From contig CM120644.1 of the NCBI GenBank assembly GCA_051362555.1, positions 16,576,534 through 16,640,533 of the forward strand: a stretch of DNA of 64,000 nt, given 5' to 3'. Of this stretch, positions 42,622 through 57,208 are shown piece after piece. The notes beneath the pieces were generated by a model. It made no database searches and was not told the DNA's origin. It saw only the letters and a list, made by a program, of their open reading frames with translations. How positions within the stretch are numbered: the stretch's first letter is position 1; each line of letters starts with the position of its first letter. Made by a program: the position numbers and the translations under genes. The DNA comes from Lingula anatina (taxonomy: Eukaryota > Animalia > Brachiopoda).

Positions 42622-42838
42622 GACTATTTCCAGACCCTATCACGCTAACTGTGGATCGATCTATCTCCATGGGAATTCTCGCTAAATTGCAATCAATGTA
42701 AGTGGCTTAGTTGTCTGTCACGCCTACTGAAACTGGCATGCCAGAATCCTAAGACTCTCAAACTGAAAGCAATTTAGTGAGAAACCCCTTGGAGTTGGAT
42801 TGATCCTGTTAGATTGATCTAGGTATGTGAACTTAGTC
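42622..42838 (+). mobile_element. Old MITE family B/A-related copy
   Basis: GGATCGATCTATCTCCATGGGAATTCTCGCTAAATTGC / GCAATTTAGTGAGAAACCCCTTGGAGTTGGATTGATCC. Confidence 0.7.
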
Positions 42839-43262
42839 TAATGCTTGATACACATTTTACTTTCATCCTAATCCAATGTTATGCAGAATAAGAATTTGAT
42901 TTTGGCTATGCATTTACAGTTAGCATAATACATTAGTTCATCAGAATTGACAGTATCCTATTTCCTGCGTTTTTATTTTCTGGTTTTTGTCTGTACATTT
43001 GACAGCTTTGCTGCCTTGTTTCTTTCTCTTCTTCTTCTTTACTTTTATTTATTTATTTTATTTTTTTTTTTGGGGGGGGGGGGGGGGAGCGGTGTAAAGG
43101 TTTTTTCCACCCAGTACTTTTATTCCATCCAGTACTTTTATTAAATTTCGAGATTTTTTTCCACCCAGTACTTTTATTCCATCAGTACTTTTATTAAATT
43201 TTGAGATTTTTTCCACCCAGTACTTTTATTCCATCAGTACTTTTATTCGATACTTCAGAGTA

Positions 43263-45100
43263 GGCTTTTCATAAAACTCACAGAACTGATGATTATAAGT
43301 AAAAGAATGGTCAAGATTGAAAATCAGCATGACCAGGCCCTTTTCTTTCAAATGTTATGCTGTTTTGTTTTTTTTTTTTCAGCATATAAGTAACACTGTA
43401 AGCACATTTCAGGGAGAACCAATAAGCCTGTTTTCATGAAACTCACAGGAGTAATCAATGTTATCTATATACAAATCAAGTTTAAAAATAAGATTGATTG
43501 GTTGAGTTTTGAGGGACTTCAGCTTTTATTTGTATATAAGTGGTTTTCCTCAGATTTGATTGTCAGGCATGTTGACAGTTTCGTTATTGAACTAACTAGA
43601 TATGTAAATATGTAAATATGTTAGTGTTTGTCTGAAATTTTCTGCATCTTTACAACATTGCTAGTTGATTAAATAAATATGACGGTAAACATGTTATCAT
43701 GTACTGTGTAATACAGTGTCTCAAAATGGAGGAAATGGGGTGATTATTTTCAAAAGTTTTGCATTTTTTTTCTCCTTTTTTCAGTGTACATGCAACACTG
43801 TAAACACACTTCAAGGAGAACCAATAGGCCTGTTTTCATGAAACTCAGAGAACTGATGATTATTAGTAAATTAAAAAGAATGATCAAGATTGAAAATCAG
43901 CATGACCAGGCCCTTTTCTTTCAAATGTTATGCTGGTTTTTTTTCAGCATATATGTAACACTGTAAGCACATTTCAAGGAGAACCAATAAGCCTGTTTTC
44001 ATGAAACTCACAGAACTGATGATTATTAGTAAAAGAATGGTCAACATTGAAAATCAGCATGACCAGGCCCTTTTCTTTCAAATGTTATGCTGTTTTTTTA
44101 AAGCATATAAGTAACACTGTAAGCACATTTCAGGAAGAACCAATAACTTAAAGCCTGTTTTCATGAAACTCACATAACTGATTATTATGAGTAAAAGAAT
44201 GGTCAAGATTGAAAATCAGCATGACCAGGCCCTTTTCTTTCAAATGTTATGCTGTTTTTTTTTCAGCATATAAGTAACACTGTAAGCACATTTCTGGGAG
44301 AACCGAGAGGCCTGTTGTCATTAAACTCACAAGAGTGATCAATGTTATCTATATACAAATCAAATTTAAAAATAAGATAGATTGGTTGAGTTCTGAGGGA
44401 CTTCAGCTTTTATTTGTATATAAGTGGTTTTCCTCAGATTTGATTGTCAGGCATGTTGACAGTTTCGTTATTGAATTAACTAGATATGTAAATATGTTAG
44501 TGTTTCTCTGAAATTGTCTGCATCTTTACAACATTGCTAGTTGATTATATAAATATGATGGTAAACATGTTATCATGTACTGTGTAATACAGTGTCTCAA
44601 AATGGAGGAAATGGGGTGATTATTTTCAAAAGTTTTGCATTTTTTCTCCTTTTTTCAGTGTACATGCAACACTGTTAACATATTTCAAGGAGAACCAATA
44701 AGCCTGTTTTCATGAAACTCACAGAACTGATGATTATTAGTAAAAGAATGGTCAAGATTGAAAATCAGCAAGACCAGGCCCTTTTCTTTCAAATGTTATG
44801 CTGTTTTTTTTTTTTTTTTTTTTTTTTCAGCATATATGTAACACTGTAAGCACATTTCAGGGAGAACCAATAAGCCTGTTTTCATGAAACTCACAGAACT
44901 GATGATTATTAGTAAAAGCATATTAGTAACACTGTAAGCACATTTCAGGGAGAACTGATAGGCCTGTTGTCATTTAACTCACAAGAGTGATCAATGTTAT
45001 CTATATACAAATCAAATTTAAAAATAAGATTGATTGGTTGAGTTTTGAGGGACTTCAGCTTTTATTTGTATATAAGTGGTTTTCCTCAGATTTGATTGTC
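43263..45100 (+). repeat. Higher-order tandem array of about 160-bp and 400-bp units
   Basis: A GAGAACCAATA.GCCTGTTTTCATGAAACTCA-type anchor recurs near 43414, 43817, 43980, 44136, 44298, 44690, 44862 and 44950. Confidence 0.92.
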
Positions 45101-46750
45101 AGGCATGTAAACAGTCTCATTATTGAATTTACTAGATATGTAAAATGGGTTGTTTGACAATTTCTGCGTCTTGACAATATTGCTAGTTGATTATATAAAA
45201 ATGGTGGTAAACCTGTTATCTTGTATTGTGTAAAAAAAGTGCCAAAATGGAAATGAACTCGTATCATTGTAGTTTGTCAGATTCAATCATTCACAATGTT
45301 CGGAATGGAGGAAATTGGACATTTAAACTTGTTATATTGATATTTTTGCCATCTCAACAATTTTCTTAGTTGATCATGTGAAATGGCAGTAAACTGTATT
45401 ATTTTATGTAAAAAAGTTAAAAATGGAAAGAAACCCATTTCAGTACAGTGCACTCTTGTATACATTTAGCATTTTCAAAGTATGACTTTGGAGTTCCATG
45501 AACCTGAAAACCTTTGCTAGTCACATTTTCTGAATATTCATGATACTAATATTTTATTATAAAAAATTGATGATCATTATGCTGTTAAGCATTATATAAT
45601 ATTGCATCAAATTGGAAGAAAGCACAATTTTGGGTGCTGCTGGCATGATGTCCTCAATTGTAAGATTGTGTACTGTTCAAGTCTGTATCCAATGGACGAC
45701 ACTTTGTGTTATCAAAATACAAAATTCATGATAATAAAAGAGTGCTAAATAGAAAATAAGCATTATGAAAATAAAATGTTTGAAAACGAATTTCTTTGGT
45801 CTTTTATTTTATTTCATCAGTATCCTTTCTTTTCCCAAATTAATTGATGTTTTATCTCATAATCTTCAATTCTAAAAAAGTGGCAAAGCCCAGCATTAAA
45901 TATTGTATAACTGTTCATTTAATCATCACCTCTGGTGTTATTTTGGAATTTACCTTAAATATGAAAGAATTTCATAAAAATGTGAATTGCTGCAAAGTAA
46001 CGCTATATAAAATTTGCTTTGCATTAAAAGTACAATCATTATTACATGTAGATGCATGCATGTCCTCGGTTGTAATGTGTAGTGTCTGTCCGTGTGTGTG
46101 TCCGTGTGTGTCCTCGGTTAGAATGTAAAATTCTTGTCAGCAAAAAATTAGTTTTTATAAAAAATTAATTTATAACATTCATACTCAAATAGATTTTACC
46201 CTAAATTGAATGTTTTTATTTTGATTTAACCAAGGAATAAGATGTCCTCGGTTGTATGGTGTTGTGCTGATGTCCTCGGTTGGTACACATAGACAAGTAT
46301 GTGTGTGTGTGTGTGTGTTAGCTAAAAGCTTGAGTAAGAGTAAAGGCATTGATGTGGAATGAAAACGTTGCTTTATTCTGTAGTTTTAACACAAAACCTG
46401 TATTACAGTGCTCTCTGTCTTTCTGTTTTAGGCCTTATACTCCATTAGTTGCCTCTTGGTTGCTACTTAAGCCCACTCTCCACCCACACATGTACAGTCA
46501 CAGTGAAATTATTTAATGGATATATATGTATTTTTTTAATAAGTGCATATTCAACTTGCTATATTTGTAATGATTTTTGTCTTTATGAACACCACATGGC
46601 ATGGCATGAACTCTGCTGCCATTGGACAGACTGTGAATAAAGTTCAGTGCTTCCTACTTTTTCTCTGTCTGTGACAAAAAATAGCTATAATAAAAATAGT
46701 TCATTCACAGAGATATGCTCTGGAAAAATTACAGAATACCTTTTCTCCAA

Positions 46751-46983
46751 GCTCCTGTTCCCATAGACACCATTGGTCTACATAGAATGGTCTAACTCTG
46801 TAGGGACTCTTGCTGAACACACTTCCCTCTGAAATTCAGTGGAATAGAGAAAAGCTGGTAATTGAACTAGTAAGTTTCAAACAAGAGTAGCATGTCATTC
46901 AGTTATGCTGATTGCACTCAGCGAGAGTCCCCATGAAGTTGGATCGATCTACGTAGATTGATGGTGACTATGGGAATGGAGCC
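46751..46983. mobile_element. MITE family A
   Basis: GCTCCTGTTCCCATAGACACCAT / ATGGTGACTATGGGAATGGAGC; CAA flanks; core GAAAAGCTGGT. Confidence 0.8.
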
Positions 46984-47691
46984 CAAGGCTGCATTCTGAT
47001 CATGAGGGTGACAACTGGTACTGTGTTGTTATATTAGACTTCTGTTTATTAGAAAATGTTTTTTTCGTCAACAGATACTCAAATGGATGGAAAGTTAAAT
47101 GTGTTCCTGACAGGGAGATGAGATGATATTACTTTGGGGTGACCTAAAAGATAGCATATAGAAAATGATTTTAAGGGATCGAAGAGTGAGGTTTCTGTTA
47201 ATAGAAAGATGAATGTCAAAATGAAGAGTGTAAATGATCTGAATTTTTACCATTGTACAGAAAAATGATTAGGATTGACTTAAACATAATGATGGGTCAA
47301 TAAAAAGCACAGAACAGTTTTTTGCTTATCTGCCCAATGGCAACTCAGACTGCAAGTGTAGTTTGGAATTTATTCCCTGGAGGCATAGGGAGAGGAGTGC
47401 GTGTCCGGAACAATAAAGTGAAAACAAGCTTATGTGAATTTAGCCAGTAATTCAGCCTCGATTAAACAAAATAAGCTTGATCTTTTGACTCCCCCTGTTT
47501 GGTTGTTTTCATACAGCATTTGTTGTACTGTTTTCTTGGCCGAACTTGGATTTACAGCAGTGAGAATGTGGGTGTGGCAGACTTCATGGAGGTGAGCTGA
47601 GCAAGGGTTTGAAGGGTTGACTAAGAATGGGTAAAAATTAAACCAGCATGTTTTGCCAAAACAGCGAAAATTGGCTAAGATTTGCATGAAG

Positions 47692-47693
<2 letters not shown>

Positions 47694-47743
<50 letters not shown>

Positions 47744-47783
47744 AATTTTCATTATTATAAGCATATTTAGCTACAGTGAATCC

Positions 47784-47854
<71 letters not shown>
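47694..47854. repeat. Two (CT)n microsatellites
   Basis: 47694-47740 and 47787-47854. Confidence 0.95.
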
Positions 47855-47856
<2 letters not shown>

Positions 47857-50800
47857 ACAGTCTACATGCTGTGCGGTAGACAGGATTGCCAAGGGTTACC
47901 CACAGAGCAGACTTTCTAACCATGACGTGGAATCACAAATTTAAGTCACTTCCACTGAAACATGGCTGCAGCTTAAACTGTGGTTACAATAAAGCCCTAT
48001 GTGTGTATACTCCTTTGCCATTCTATTGTGTAGGAGGAGGAAGAATTTCCCATTATTACATTGCTGCCATTCTATACTATATAACCCAGGTGTTCAGAGG
48101 TATAGTTACCCTGCAGAAAGCACTGCCATCTGAATTAATCTCCCCGCTACAAAAAATTTAACTAGTTCTCTGTAAAGTCACGTCTCTGTTTTCAGCCAAA
48201 TGAGAACATTATATTTATCTCCTCTCACATGGCAGAGAAGTGATTCTGATAGTGTTTTTCGCTGCACAATATATATACTCATTCTTGGGTATTTGTACAT
48301 AAGCTGTTTGGCCAGGATTATGAATAAATCAATTACACGTCATCGGCCATTCATTATTCAGGTTCTTGGCTTTGAGACAGAGCGGAACTGCATGCAGGAT
48401 TAAGTATACCTCCAAGCCTATATATTCTCCATTGGTAGGCGAGTCCAGTTTATACAGGTTCGCAACCGAGACAGGAAACCCCTAGGGCCAGGATAGAGCA
48501 TAAATAAAAACCTACACAGTTTCTCATTGTTGATGCTTGGGCATGGGGGACCCCTGTTGAGGCGTGTGGATTGTTGACATTAAGAGCCCCGAATCTTAAA
48601 ATCAAATCTCTGCTCAAGTGGTAACTGAAGAAGCCTTGTCATTGCGTCCTGTGGCAAAAGGAATTGCCACCGAGTGGGTTCAGTTGTCAGAAAAGCCCCA
48701 TTCAGCCCATTCTAGCTCCGAGTCAGCCAGACAGCCATATATATTTGCGTATGCAGAGGTGAGGGATATTAAATGTGAACTGTGAACCAAGGAGGCGGAG
48801 GACTAAAGTAGTTCGGTATTCTGACTCCATCCTGACTCCGTTGTCTCCACTGAGGCGAGAAAAAAATTTTGGTTCCAGCCGGCTGCATCAGGTAGGTTAG
48901 ACGAGTTGGAGGTGGTGTTTGTGTGTCATTAATGGGGCTCATTGGTGCGACACATTGCGAAGAGGGGGTAGGTGTTATATCACTTTTTTATGGGCCAGCA
49001 TTGTCAGTGCCTAGGTAACCTACGTGCTGAATGTCGTCTGCCTGCATAGGCCTGCAGTGTCATTGGATCAAGGGACGCAGTTTTGTAAGGACTTGGATGA
49101 ATACGAAACTTCCTCATGACGGAAAGTTATACAGCGTCATAGTGAATCCCAACTTAGCTGTCACCGGATCTTAACAAAAAATTTTGTCAGTCAATAGGAA
49201 AGCAGTGCGGTGTGTGTAACAGGAGATTCATAGTGACATCTCCTCTTCAGAGGAGTGGGTTATTGCTGAATTACCTCAACTTCGTGAAGGACAGGGCATC
49301 TGAAGGACGGAGCATCCCTATATTACCCAGCTTACCTGCCAGTGTCTGAAAACGTCTCTCTTTGAGATCAGTTTTTCTAGTAGTCCAGAATAGACAGGCT
49401 TATAGGAGAGAAACCATTCCTGCTAGGAGAAGTGCACTGCTGGTGCTGCTGAATTTTTGTGGCTTGGCTTTATCTCAATATATTTGTGGCTGGGAGTTAA
49501 AATCAGACCATACTGTCCTGAGAAATAAGTGAAAGAGACACAGGCAACTTCTGATTTGCTATACCGAGAGACTAGGACCAAGGGAGACTAGGACCAAGAG
49601 AGAGAGAGAGAGAAAGAGAAAAGAATTGAGCTGATTTTCGAGATCTATGGAGGTTGGTGATATCCAGCTGTGGACCAGCATGCTGCTGGGGAAGGAGGTA
49701 CAGGTTTAAGGGGGACAGAATTTGGCACTGTAATTGAATTGGCAGTTGAATTGTCTGATTGTTTAAAGTTGAGCAGTCCAAATTTGTCCTGTGTGAACAC
49801 GGTTTTAAAGTAGAAGGGTGATGTATGTGGGTTCAAGTAAGAGGGGGTGGGGGTTTGGTAGAGAGGGGTTGTGGAGGACTCAAGGTTACACAAGGATGAA
49901 ACGGACAAAAAGTAGCTAAATTTAAGAGTAAACTGAATTTGTGGTGGTTGTGGTAAAGGGAAAAATTAAACAACAGGCATAATTTGAGTATGTTAAGTAG
50001 CTTTAGAGTACAAAAATTTGTATCAAGTGTTCATAAAAGAATAAGGAGCAGTTGAATGATAATCGGGTTTAACCCCATAGGTCAAGGGTCACAAGAGGTC
50101 AGTTTTGGGATAGGAAAGGGGATGGGTTTTTTTCTTAAGAAATCTGAAAGATTTATCTAACTGGAAACAAATGAAATGAATAAATTCATGTTCCTTGGGT
50201 CAGCCTTGGTGAAAGAGAAAGAGTGGCACATGGTGTTAAAGTACGCGGATATTGCGAACATATTAACAAGTAACATTACTGCTTTATGCAAAGTTTTAGG
50301 GGGTCTTGGCCTTGTTGCCTAGCAACCAAGTCTACAGGCCTGTCTCGTATTCTCTGCGAGGGACATTGAGAGATTTTCCTTAGATATCCGCAGATATTTC
50401 TCTTGACAATTTCATCTGCTAGTTTGTGTCCACTGAGAAATTATTTACAGGGGGTGGGGGGGAGAGAATTTAAATAAGGCGTCCTCACCCAGTAAGTCTC
50501 TGGAAGAGGCATTAGTGTTGATTTATAGTGAAGATCATGGTAGACCATGAGTGCATATTGATGCAGCATGTTCTATTATTTATTGCTAAATATATGGTAC
50601 ATAATCTCTGCCTAGAAAATGGGCTACAGAAATAAGTCCTCTCTTTTTTTATGAGGGTCTGTAATTTCATAAGTTAATAAACTCATAATCACAGCCGCTT
50701 AAGTGTTATTTAAATCTCATCTTATTTCTGAAAGTGGAATCTAGTCAATAGAAAGGAGAAGGGACCCTGAATGTTACTGAATAATACTGTGCACTTAAAT

Positions 50801-51456
50801 ATCCATGAATGCACCATGGGCCTACAAAATGGTGTCCACTATCACTTTGAGGTGATTGATTATGGCCTAGTGGAGGGAATATCACAAGTGGCCAGTAATG
50901 AATTGGTCAGTCATAAAATTATGACCACTTCGGCCATTGTGTCCACTTCCGTTTTAGGATGATAGAGTGACAGGCCATTGTCCAGTAGAGTGGACAGCAG
51001 TTGGACTTCAATGGACAGTGTCTCGAGTATTATAGACTGTTCTATTAGCTGTATTCTGGCTCGGGGCTCGTAACTTAAGTTTGTGACATAAACCGCAAGT
51101 ACAAGCCACAATTGACCAGTAAATTTCCCATGGGACTATTTAAAAACTTGATTTATTGTTCGAAATAACTGGGTTATGCCTGAAATCAGTTTATGTAAGC
51201 AGCTATTGAATTGGAGGATAGGAGTCGTGATAATATATTTTTTGCAAAGTTTACGGTAAGCTGGGCATACTGACATTTTCCTATAGCCTATATAGTGTTT
51301 GATGCCCTATTGTGAAGGCTTCATTCTAAACCATACTGACCAATAGGAAAGGTCTAGTTCTAGTGAAAATACCTGCCAGCCAAGGGTTGTAGTGACCCTC
51401 ATCTTGCTGCATAGCTGTATGCTCCATTTTAAATAATCTTGTCAAGTGATGATGTC

Positions 51457-51552
51457 ACTTAGCCTATTCCTGATCTAACTTAGACAGGACTTAGCCTATT
51501 CCTGATCTAACTTAGACAGGACTTAGCCTATTCCTGATCTAACTTAGACAGG
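51457..51552. repeat. Perfect 32-bp tandem repeat x3
   Basis: ACTTAGCCTATTCCTGATCTAACTTAGACAGG at 51457, 51489 and 51521. Confidence 0.95.
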
Positions 51553-53236
51553 TTGTGAATGCAGCCATCTTATACTTAACGAAGGGGCACCTCTGCCCCC
51601 CCCCCCCTACTGCCCCTCTATATCAAATTCCACACTGCGTAGGTAATTTATCACAATGAAAGAGTTTAACATTTATTCGAGTATTTTGTAAAAAATGGTT
51701 ATGCACCGGTGGTTTCTTTTAGAAGACTTAAAGTGTGGTAATGGTGGGAAAAGCTGATTACAAAAAGAAAGACCACAAAAAATGTCTTTGGTTCACATTG
51801 GGGCGAGACAAGAATGCACAAGTATGTGTAGTGATCTGAAAAACGTGACTGGAGATTCAGGACTTAAAATCTGCATTTACGCAAGGTCAATAAATCTGTC
51901 TTCATTATACAAACAGTGACCAGGGCATTTAATGATACATAGTGGACCACTGGGTGGTCTTAATTGGTTCTGATGGGAATACAACTAGGCATGTTTACTG
52001 CCCTGCAAAAAAATTATAAATGAATAAATAAATAGATAAATAAAAAAGAAATTGACTATTTGAAATGAAAGGACAAATAATTTTTAATCTTACACAGGGT
52101 TCGATATCTAGATAATTTTCCCATAGCCAAATATGAACAATAATTTTTCTTTGAAATTTTGTATTCATATAAGAACCAGAGGCCATTATAATCAGGGCGG
52201 TTAAGGAGCGACCCATGTCTTAAGGGCTGACGTGAATATAAAGCTCTTCAGTAATGGTAATATTATGACGTGAAATGTAAGGATTGGACCAAGAACAAAG
52301 CACAAACTCAAAGACGTGACACCTGTTGTCCTCTACTGACCACTCCCTTGATCCATCCCAGCAATATTAACCATCAGTGGCTCTGCCTGATAAACCATGT
52401 GCGTGTACAAACTGAGCTGCACGATGCACGTTTTGGTGTCTGTTTAAACAGAAGTTCTGATAAGGGATCCCAGAGTGTGGTGTTTCTCCATGTGCGCCTA
52501 AGCTGACAGAGGGAGATATTCCTATTAGAAAGTTTGTGGTGAAAGGAAAGATGGCCTGTAGGATTTTTTTTTATCCGTGAGGTTTTGTTTTTACATAACT
52601 GGCAGGCTGGGGTTGGTAGAGATATAAGAAATGCCTCGATAGAGACTTTAAAAGATATTTTTGTTGTTTAGAAACTAAGAAAAAATATTTTTGTTAAAAA
52701 ATTTGACTTAAAAGTTCCTTTTTTTTTTTCATTTCCTTTGTGTATGTGTGTGCATGTTTATGTTTGTGCACGCAAGCGTGCACGTGTTGCACTTTTTGAA
52801 GCTCAGCGACATACCTTATTTCGACCTGCCTAAAGAGCTACTTCCATTTGAAATCCTATGCTGTTCAATGGCAAGATAAGATTTCTGAATTATTACGGAA
52901 ATGTTTTTTACAGACAATTTATTTTGTGGTTTATTTAGTCTGCTACAAGTTTTAAATTTCTTACAGGGATCATAAAAAGGGATGGGAGTAAAGAATGGCT
53001 GGGGTATACAAAGTTATGTTGCTTTGTTCAAATGTTAGACTACACCTCTTTCAAGATCATGACTTTTAAGACCTTAAAGCATCCATTTTGCAAACCAAGT
53101 CCCGTATTATGTTTTGCAAATGAAATTGGGCACAAGTATCAAAAGAAAAAAAAAACACGAAACCAGTTTGCCTTAAACTGTTTTATTGTTATTTTAATAG
53201 CTTATTTATTTGCTTTACTAAACTGAATGACACTAA

Positions 53237-53451
53237 GACTATATTCCCACAGATTTTGAGATCGATCTATCCCTTGGAGAGTCTCACTAGATTGCTGTCA
53301 GCTTAGCCGGCTTAAATGTCTGCCCCGCCTATTAAAAGCTGTAAGGGGGAAATTAACTTACGTGCACACTCGGCTAACAGCAATATAGCGTGAACCCCCA
53401 GGAAGTTAGGTCGATCCAGATAGAGCGATCTAAATCTGTGAGAACCCAGTC
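53237..53451 (+). mobile_element. MITE family B
   Basis: TAA|GACTATATTCCCACAGATTT ... AAATCTGTGAGAACCCAGTC|TAA. Confidence 0.88.
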
Positions 53452-54128
53452 TAACACAAGTTACAGATCCAAGTGAACCTCATCCATGAATTTTTTTGTT
53501 CAGTGATTTACATCTAGACTCAAGGAGATAGCAATTCATATTAATTAATTAATATATATTGCGTTAACTATGTAGGTCAGAAGAAACATTTATAGATATT
53601 TTATTCATAGATGAATAAATTCATGAATAATTAATGGGTGTTAATGTCATTAATGCAGCAGATCAGGCAAATTGTTCCTGTTTAAGTGCACAGGATAGAG
53701 AGAGAGAGCACCTGAGGTTATAAGCTTGAACTATTATGGGTGAATCATAGGCATTTCCTGCATGGTAGCAAGCAGACCGATACATAGAGTACATTTGAAA
53801 ACTTTTGCTGATAGCAGTCTATCTTTCACTGTACAGATTACTGACTAGTTGACTATAGTATCACGACAGAGAAAAGAGGAAGTAAAAGCTACGAAGTGAG
53901 GGCTTCATAAAGAGCTGTATCTCTCTATAATCAACAAGTCAATTTATAATTAAAACCAAGAGAAGATTATAGGTACATAGAGAGAGACATCACTTATGAT
54001 TTGGATTAAGAACTGTTAGCAAGGTGAGTCTGTGTACAATGTGTGAAATCGGTTGTCATTTACAGATTGCCAATTAGTGAGAAAGAAGAGAGTTCTCATT
54101 CTAAGGAGTGGAAAATGAGAGATTCTAA

Positions 54129-54351
54129 TACCCCCTTTACACTGGACGGCGTCCTTTCTGCGTCCTTTCTGCGACCATGAAATTTGGCATCGCTGTGGTC
54201 TTAATAAGGAGGCACGAGCATTGATTTTGTATCAGAATGAATGCTCAATGATCGGCCAGTTGTCGGCTAGTAAAGTGTTATAATTTTTTAACTCTCAAAT
54301 GGGACCGTACTGCTGGACGCAGAAAGGACGCCGTCCAGTGTAAAGGGGGCT
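54129..54351. mobile_element. MITE family G, PIF/Harbinger-like
   Basis: Perfect inverted arms CCCCCTTTACACTGGACGGCGTCCTTTCTGCGTCC; TAA flanks. Confidence 0.9.
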
Positions 54352-54419
54352 TAACAGAGTTGAAGAGGGAAAGAGAGTTTAGGGATTTGAAAAAGAAAGC
54401 TCCTACTATAGGGTTCAAC

Positions 54420-54586
54420 CAGGGGCGGATTTAGGCCGTCTTCTGGGTCTTCCAGAAGACGGTCAGATTTTCAAGTTTACATTGACGGGTATCGATTTTT
54501 TCTGTCGGAAGACGGTCAAAAATGGAGGAGGGATCAACAAAGTTACTTTGGAAGACCGTCAGAAAATATATCTGAATCCGCCCCTG
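54420..54586 (+). mobile_element. MITE family C, youngest-looking copy
   Basis: CAGGGGCGGATT ... AATCCGCCCCTG perfect 12-bp TIR, flanked by TCAAC; CpGs intact. Confidence 0.93.
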
Positions 54587-57065
54587 TCAACTGTAATTTT
54601 GCGTTAAGGAGAGGTGTATAAGACCAGTGTTCATGTGTAACATGGCTTGGATTCACTGTTTATACTCAAATGGAAAGTGTTTCCACATTGGTTGTGAAAT
54701 GAGGTTTAATTTAACAGGCAGTTACTGTATGCCAAGTAGCCATCCTGATACTACCTTCCCAAGTTGGGATTTTGGAGAAATTATATAAATTATACAAATA
54801 TATAATATTAAGAACATGGAGATAATGATCAAATGAGTGCTAGATTTACCTTTATTTTTATTTTATTTATTTGATTATTTATTTATTGGGGGGGGATCTT
54901 GTTTTATTTTATTCTGTGTGGGAGGATATATTGACAGATGTCAGATAACTGATGTTCCTGAATATGACTACCATGATTTAATAACTCATATTGTTATGAG
55001 GACTGGTTACAGTGTGCGTACATGCATGTGCGCACGTGTGTGTATGTGTGTGTGTGTGTCGAGGGGAGGGGGTCATTACAATCTACACTACAAAAGTGAA
55101 ACAGATTTTTAGCCCTTCAACTGAGTTGTGGGTAAACACATTTCCGAAGGGACTGAAAACTAAAGCTGCCATCATCCTGTAGGAATTTCCTTTTGTGTAG
55201 GTTGCCCTTATATCCTGCCTAACGCTGCAACATTAGTGAAAGGTGCTTTAACAATATATTTTAAAGAAAATATCCGGCAGTTTTAATTTAAGAAGTCCCT
55301 CGAATGATTCATTGTCTTTAGTTTAAGATTGGGGCCCTGATATTCCAGTTTATAGATTGGATAGCTGTTCATGATATTATTGGACATTTCAGACTTTAGG
55401 ACGGGAAGGTAAGTAGCCACGTTGAAGTTGACACCTGTGAGATAAAATACAGAATCATATTATTCACATAAATGGTCACAGGTGTGTTATGCCCTTGTTA
55501 CTGACTGATGATATGGAATTGAATAGATGGAAAGAGAGGTTTTCTACCTCTACCTTGTGGCAAATTCCTCATCTACATGAAATAATCTAGTTTATGGTAG
55601 AATCTTATTAATGAAATAGTGAAAGGGTAAAGCACTGTCACTTAGTACTGAGATTCTGAGGAAATGATCAAAAGTATCTAGTACAGAGAGCTATAAGCTG
55701 CAAGTCTTAAAATAAAAAGAAATTGTACATGAGGATGGTTATCAGACAAGGAAGAAAATTTTGAGAAGAATTTGGCCCCAACAGCAAACTGACATTTTGG
55801 AAACTTATCCCGAGTTGATAGGAAAGAGATAAAATTCCATAAAGAAGTCGAAGAATCTGACCTCTGCAGCGAAATTCCTTTGCTGACTCTGATGACCTTA
55901 TTAAAACTTACAAGCAGTGTTTACATTGAGGGGTGAGGTTTTGCTGCCTTCCAAGCAATATGCAGTATATGTTACAATAATACAGGTACAAACAAGGAGG
56001 GCACCACTTTTGAAGAAATTGCCAAATTTTAGGATGACTTTTCACATAGAGTCGAGCTACATATACACAATAAGAGACATGGTTCAAAGCTGCATAAATA
56101 ATTTGTTACAAATCATGAAAACATAACAAAGGGGGGGAGGGGCTGCTTTCATGTGTCTGAATTTAGAGCTGTTTTGATTGCAGCTTGTGATTTGGATTTA
56201 TCGGATTAGGGTGGGAGAATATATGTTAATGAAGTTTTCTGTAAACTTGTCACAGTTCAGGAATGTTCAGTTGAGTGATAGACTGGAGAAACTGGTTTTA
56301 ACGGAAGGATTGTTTCTCTTTAATATATTTTGTTTATCTAGGGGGCGTTTAGGAGGTGTATAGGACACTGCCTATGGAGGCATTCACAGTATGCTAACCA
56401 AAAGTAGGTCTGAACTGGTTCTGTTTGTTGAAGGAATGACCACAGTGGATTGCAATTAACCTGTCAGGTCCAGTCATGTTGTCCAAGCAATCTTGCTCTG
56501 AAATATATCTGAGGCAGATTGAACTGTCAAAATGAGGAGTGCCCAAATATACCAAAATAAATGTAGGAGATGGTTTATGGTTTAATTGATACTATAGGTA
56601 GATTGGGGGATGGGGGGAAATCCCTTGAACCCCTCACTAAAGTTTTATTCGTAACAGGTCCCCCCCCCCCCACCCCAATTAGAATGCCTTACCAATAATG
56701 AGGATTGAAGAAGAATAAATAATACACACACACACAGACACACACCCAACCATCCCTTCCCCCCTAAACACACACTCACCCACCCAACCAAAAAGTTGAT
56801 TCCCTATTACACAACAGTAGCAGCGGCCATGATGTAAGTTACAGTGTATTACATGTGAAGCAGAGAGTGTGTTGATCTAAGCCCTTATACAAATGTGTAC
56901 TCCCAAGTGTTGATATACACACGGGACCTGTCAGTAGATAAACAACAGGGTTGGGTCTACTGGTTGGCTCACTGTAGAGGTGTGTTACAAGCAGGGGTGA
57001 GATTTGAGGTCTACAGTTGAGTATTATGGGGCTAGAGGTAAGAGTTACTCTTTGATATTCTGTGG

Positions 57066-57208
57066 CTAGGGTAGCACTGACACTCAAATTTAGTCAAATG
57101 CTAAAACTGACTTAAATTGGCTAATCAAAGTAGGGTTGATTTGATTTTAGTAGCTGTAGAAAAATGAGTGATTTGGCTAAGTGAAAAAATGTGCTAGTGC
57201 TACGCCAG
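57066..57208 (-). mobile_element. MITE family H, inverted copy
   Basis: CTAGGGTAGCACT ... AGTGCTACGCCAG, flanked by TGTGG; reverse similarity to 7182-7354. Confidence 0.72.

Noticed and set aside
48879-48891. 13-nt microexon (ttccag|CCGGCTGCATCAG|gtaggt)
   Set aside because: Not frame-preserving and the pyrimidine tract is weak; it cannot be supported without reads.
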